Assembly (NCBI GenBank): GCA_963776275.1
Contig: CAVZMI010000014.1
Location: forward strand, 115,083 to 179,082
Direction of reading: 5' to 3'
From: Ignavibacteriota bacterium
GTDB lineage: Bacteria > Bacteroidota > Ignavibacteria > UBA10030 > CAVZMI01
Length of the DNA stretch: 64,000 nt
This document shows positions 60,464-64,000 of the stretch, one piece after another; within the stretch, counting starts at the first letter, position 1; each line of letters opens with the position of its first letter. The notes beneath the pieces are model-generated. The model searched no databases, was not told the DNA's origin, and saw only the letters and a program-made list of their open reading frames with translations. A program made the translations under genes and the position numbers.

Positions 60464-62164
60464 ATGATACCTGAACATCAAACCCTCCTTAAAGCGCTCA
60501 TCACTCAGGGCAGCCTTGATCCGGTGATGCTCGAAGCACGAAAAGATAATTTTTTCGCCGCAATCCGGGAAAAAGGGATTACACGTGGTCTCATGAGTGT
60601 TTTTTCGATTTCTGAAAATGTCATTGCCGATACCATCAGCGCATCATTTAAATGTGCGCGGAGGGCAATTACCAACGAGATCGAAACGGCACCGGGGCAG
60701 TTATTGTCCGATGAAGAGATCAAGACATTCCGTGCTATCCCGGTTTTTCGCATTGGGATCGAGCTGACGATGGCATTTATCGATCCCCCGATAAAAGCTG
60801 TTGTTATCCAGATACAGAAACTCACCGGATGCAGTGTCCTCGCTATTGTTACAACTCCGTCGGATTTCGATACGGCCTTTAACAAGTATCAGGGTTCGAT
60901 CGATAAGCTTCAGAACATGGTTTCAACGATCAAGCTCGAAAAATTCGATCTTCAAAAAGGGGGAGCCACTGAATCACGCAGGCTCGTCGATGGAACCTCA
61001 GAAGCCACCATGACCCAGCTGGTCGACGAATTATTTCTCCGTGCCACAAAAATGGGTGCAAGTGATATCCATATCGAACCGCTGGAAAAAGAATTATTGA
61101 TACGTTTTCGGATTGACGGTGTGCTTCAACGTATTCTCACACTTCCAAAAGAAGCCCACCCGGCATTGGTCGCTGTCGTCAAATCAAAGTGCGGCATGGA
61201 TATGTTCGAACGTGCAATTCCGCAGGACGGCCGCATCACGATTGATTTTGCAGATCGCTCGTTCGATGTACGCGTCAGCAGTCTGCCGTTAATTGAAGGG
61301 GAGAAGATCGTTCTCAGGATTTTGAGTAAATCATCAGGCATGATCGAGCTCGAGAACCTCGGTTTCTCCGAAGAGAACCTGAAGCTGTTCCGGTCATTAA
61401 TGCGGCTTCCCAACGGCATCATCCTTGTAACCGGTCCGACGGGGAGTGGTAAAACGACTACGTTGTATGCTGCCTTGAACGAAATCAAGGGAATGACAAA
61501 GAATATCACAACGGTTGAAAATCCCGTCGAGTATAAACTCCCGCTTGTCAACCAGGTTCAGATCGTTCCGGAGCGCGGACTGACATTCGCTTCTTCGCTT
61601 CGCTCCATTCTCCGGCAGGATCCGAATATCATTCTCATCGGTGAAATCCGCGATGCCGAGACGGGTATCATAGCAACCGAAGCAGCGTTAACAGGACATC
61701 TTGTGCTGAGCACAATTCATACGAACGATGCTTTCGGTGCCATTTCACGTCTAATCAACCTCGGTATCGCCTCGTTCTGGGTCAGTGCGTCCGTTATCGG
61801 TGTACAGGCGCAGCGACTAGTCAGGCGAATTTGCAATCGTTGTAAAGAGGAATATGAACCGGGTCGTGATTTTCTGAGAACGGTGGGACTCTCCGGTCTT
61901 CCGGAGGGAATCACATTTTTTCGGGGAAAAGGATGCAACTTCTGTGCGGGCACAGGATATAAAGGCCGCCTTGCGATTCATGAAGTATTTATGATTACCG
62001 AAGCGATGCGCGAGATTATCTATGGTGAAGTCACCACCCGGAAGCTCCGCGACCTGGCAGCCGCAAACAATTTCCATGATATGTATTTCGACGGAATCCA
62101 GAAAGCGCTGGCAGGGTTGACATCGATCGAAGAAATACAACGTGTGACACGACGTATTATGTAA
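60464..62164 (+). CDS. PilB/GspE-family assembly ATPase
   Basis: ASDIHIEP, RFRIDG, PQDGR, GPTGSGKTTT, LRQDPNIILIGEIRD, TGHLVLST, C..C/C..C zinc motif, TGYKGR. Confidence 0.93.
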   Translation: MIPEHQTLLKALITQGSLDPVMLEARKDNFFAAIREKGITRGLMSVFSISENVIADTISASFKCARRAITNEIETAPGQLLSDEEIKTFRAIPVFRIGIELTMAFIDPPIKAVVIQIQKLTGCSVLAIVTTPSDFDTAFNKYQGSIDKLQNMVSTIKLEKFDLQKGGATESRRLVDGTSEATMTQLVDELFLRATKMGASDIHIEPLEKELLIRFRIDGVLQRILTLPKEAHPALVAVVKSKCGMDMFERAIPQDGRITIDFADRSFDVRVSSLPLIEGEKIVLRILSKSSGMIELENLGFSEENLKLFRSLMRLPNGIILVTGPTGSGKTTTLYAALNEIKGMTKNITTVENPVEYKLPLVNQVQIVPERGLTFASSLRSILRQDPNIILIGEIRDAETGIIATEAALTGHLVLSTIHTNDAFGAISRLINLGIASFWVSASVIGVQAQRLVRRICNRCKEEYEPGRDFLRTVGLSGLPEGITFFRGKGCNFCAGTGYKGRLAIHEVFMITEAMREIIYGEVTTRKLRDLAAANNFHDMYFDGIQKALAGLTSIEEIQRVTRRIM

Positions 62165-62213
62165 TTCCTCACCGGCTCATCATTTTTAAAAAAGAGCAAT
62201 AAATGTGATTTTG

Positions 62214-62241
62214 AAAGTCCGACAAATGTTGGACTTTTTTT
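62214..62241 (+). terminator. Intrinsic terminator
   Basis: AAAGTCCGACA-AA-TGTTGGACTTTTTTT. Confidence 0.8.
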
Positions 62242-62336
62242 GTACGTTTTAGCTTGTGATGAATATTGTACTCTCTTATTTGCAATTCCGCCCAAGTTTG
62301 AGTAAGTTCTCGCCAGAACAACTAATGGAAAATACA

Positions 62337-63849
62337 ATGAAAAAAAATGTCTATTTTATCGTCTGTCTCGTCGCGTTCCTGAACGCGTTATCGAGCTGTC
62401 GGTCACAGGATAATTCAATCGACCGAAAACCCGCCGTTGCAGGTCAGTTTTATCCGGAAGAACGGGAAGTACTCCGGCAAACACTCGAGGACTTTTCTCA
62501 AAGGCATTCCGCCGGGGAAAGTGAAGAATGTCGTTGCGATCATTTCACCTCATGCAGGGTATGTGTTTTCTGGTGAAGTCGCAGCTTCGGGCTTTAATCA
62601 GATCGATGGTGAGAAGGAATATGAAAATATATTCGTTCTCGGACCGAGCCATCATGTCGCTTTTGAAGGAGCGGCAATCTACACAAAGGGAAATTATATT
62701 ACGCCGCTCGGTCCTGTTCCGGTCAGCCGTGAGCTTGCTCAAAAGCTGATCAAAGGATCGAAGGTTTTTGTTGAACGTGACGATGCCCATGCAGCAGAAC
62801 ACAGCGTGGAAGTCCAGCTTCCGTTTCTTCAATATGTCATGAAGAAAAAATTTACTGTCATACCAATTGTTGTAGGGACAGGTGGGAGAAAAACGTGTGA
62901 AGAAATTGCCCGTGAACTCAAGCCGTATTTCAATTCACGGAACCTTTTTATCATCAGCACCGATTTTTCGCATTATCCTTCCTATGAAAATGCAAAGAAA
63001 GTGGATATGGCATCTGCAAATGCCGTTTGTTCGAATTCCGTCTCAGTTCTTCTTGACACGCTCAGACACAACGAAACCATGAAAATACCCAACCTGAGCA
63101 CGAGTATGTGCGGTTGGTCGTGCGTACTGACACTCCTTGCCATGACGCAAGGCGATCCACATGCTTCGTTCCACGAAATTCTGTACAGAAATTCCGGCGA
63201 TTCCCCGGTCGGTGGACGTGAAATGTAGTCGGATATAACGCAATTGCGGTATCGCTTGATCAGGAGGGATCTGCGGTAAGGATTCAATCTTTCGGAACAG
63301 GAGAAGAAAGAATTATTGTCCATTGCTCGAAGAACACTGAATAATTATATCGAAAAGCAGGAGACACCGGCCATCAATGCGTCGTTCGATATCTCCGCAA
63401 CTGACGACAAAATGCGGCGCTTTCGTTACCTTGAAGAAACATGGTGTTCTGAGAGGATGTATAGGACGGTTCGATGCAAGCGAGCCGCTCTACAAGGTCG
63501 TTCAATCGATGGCAATTGCTTCTGCCACTGAAGATCCGCGGTTTCGTCCGGTTGAATCATCCGAGCTTGCGTCTCTTGAAGTCGAAATCTCGGTTCTCAC
63601 TCCGATGAAGAGAATACATTCCATCGATGAGATCAAGCTCGGCAAACACGGAATTTATATCCGAAGAGAGGACGATACGCCGGGACATTCCTGCCTCAGG
63701 TAGCGTCGGAAACAGGATGGTCGAAAGAGGAATTTCTTGGTCACTGTGCCCAGGATAAAGCCGGGATCGGATGGGACGGATGGAAAGATGCGAAGATTTT
63801 CGTGTATGAGGCACTCGTGTTTGGTGAGAACGAGAGTACGAAGCAGTAA
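62337..63849 (+). CDS. AmmeMemoRadiSam protein B (MEMO1-like) fused to protein A (AMMECR1-like), several frameshifts
   Basis: RKPAVAGQFYP, ISPHAGYVFSG, LGPSHH, EHSVEVQLPFLQ, STDFSHY, MCG; then GAFVTL..LRGCIG, EDPRF, EISVLTP, FLPQVA, KAG; stop at 63847-63849. Confidence 0.88.
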
Positions 63850-64000
63850 TGCTGCAGCAAAAAAAATGTGACATAGCGATTGGTGCGTTCGGATTCGGTG
63901 CCATTATCACTCAGACAATTTTTCTGCGGGAGTGCCTTTCTCTATTCTATGGAAATGAGCTGGTTATCGGCATCGTTCTTGCAAACTGGATGATACTGAC
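63849..64000 (+). CDS. Membrane-fused spermidine-synthase-like protein, N-terminus (partial)
   Basis: MLQQKKCDIAIGAFGFGAIITQTIFLRECLSLFYGNELVIGIVLANWMIL matches the Q...LRE....F.GNEL..G..L..W pattern; TAATG coupling to the upstream gene. Confidence 0.7.
   Translation, partial: MLQQKKCDIAIGAFGFGAIITQTIFLRECLSLFYGNELVIGIVLANWMIL

Overview
Bacterial genomic window, most consistent with an Ignavibacteria-like FCB-group organism (inference from many T9SS type-A 'QNYPNPFNP' C-terminal domains together with TTGACA/TATAAT-type promoters and AGGAG ribosome binding sites). It is probably from a long-read assembly, because about a dozen genes carry single-base frameshifts. From left to right it holds: (1) a divergent TonB-dependent receptor and SurA-like gene; (2) a ~24 kb hemicellulose locus (GH30, three GH43, GH51, two esterases, GPH transporter, GH130 and GH94 phosphorylases, ROK kinase, beta-PGM-like HAD); (3) an ABC-2 exporter; (4) galK-galT-LacI with a perfect operator; (5) a giant hybrid histidine kinase; (6) an FAD/Fe-S lactate dehydrogenase with a palindromic insertion inside its coding sequence; (7) DegT aminotransferase, B12 radical SAM and dCMP deaminase genes; (8) a glnK operon whose amtB is reduced to its two ends; (9) a secreted M30-like protease with six FN3 domains; (10) an unusual signalling module; (11) an AmmeMemo B/A fusion. 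The best candidate for an undescribed system is the module at 53.7-62.2 kb: a 13-PAS soluble sensor whose HisKA phospho-His is replaced by Asp and which has no ATPase domain, lying divergent from a CheY-like regulator, a translationally coupled double-zinc-ribbon protein ending in a CheZ/FliM-like CheY-binding motif (SQDDIDLLF), and an orphan PilB/GspE ATPase. Several families of REP/BIME-like palindromes with compensatory stem changes are also present. No rRNA, tRNA, CRISPR array or transposase was recognised.
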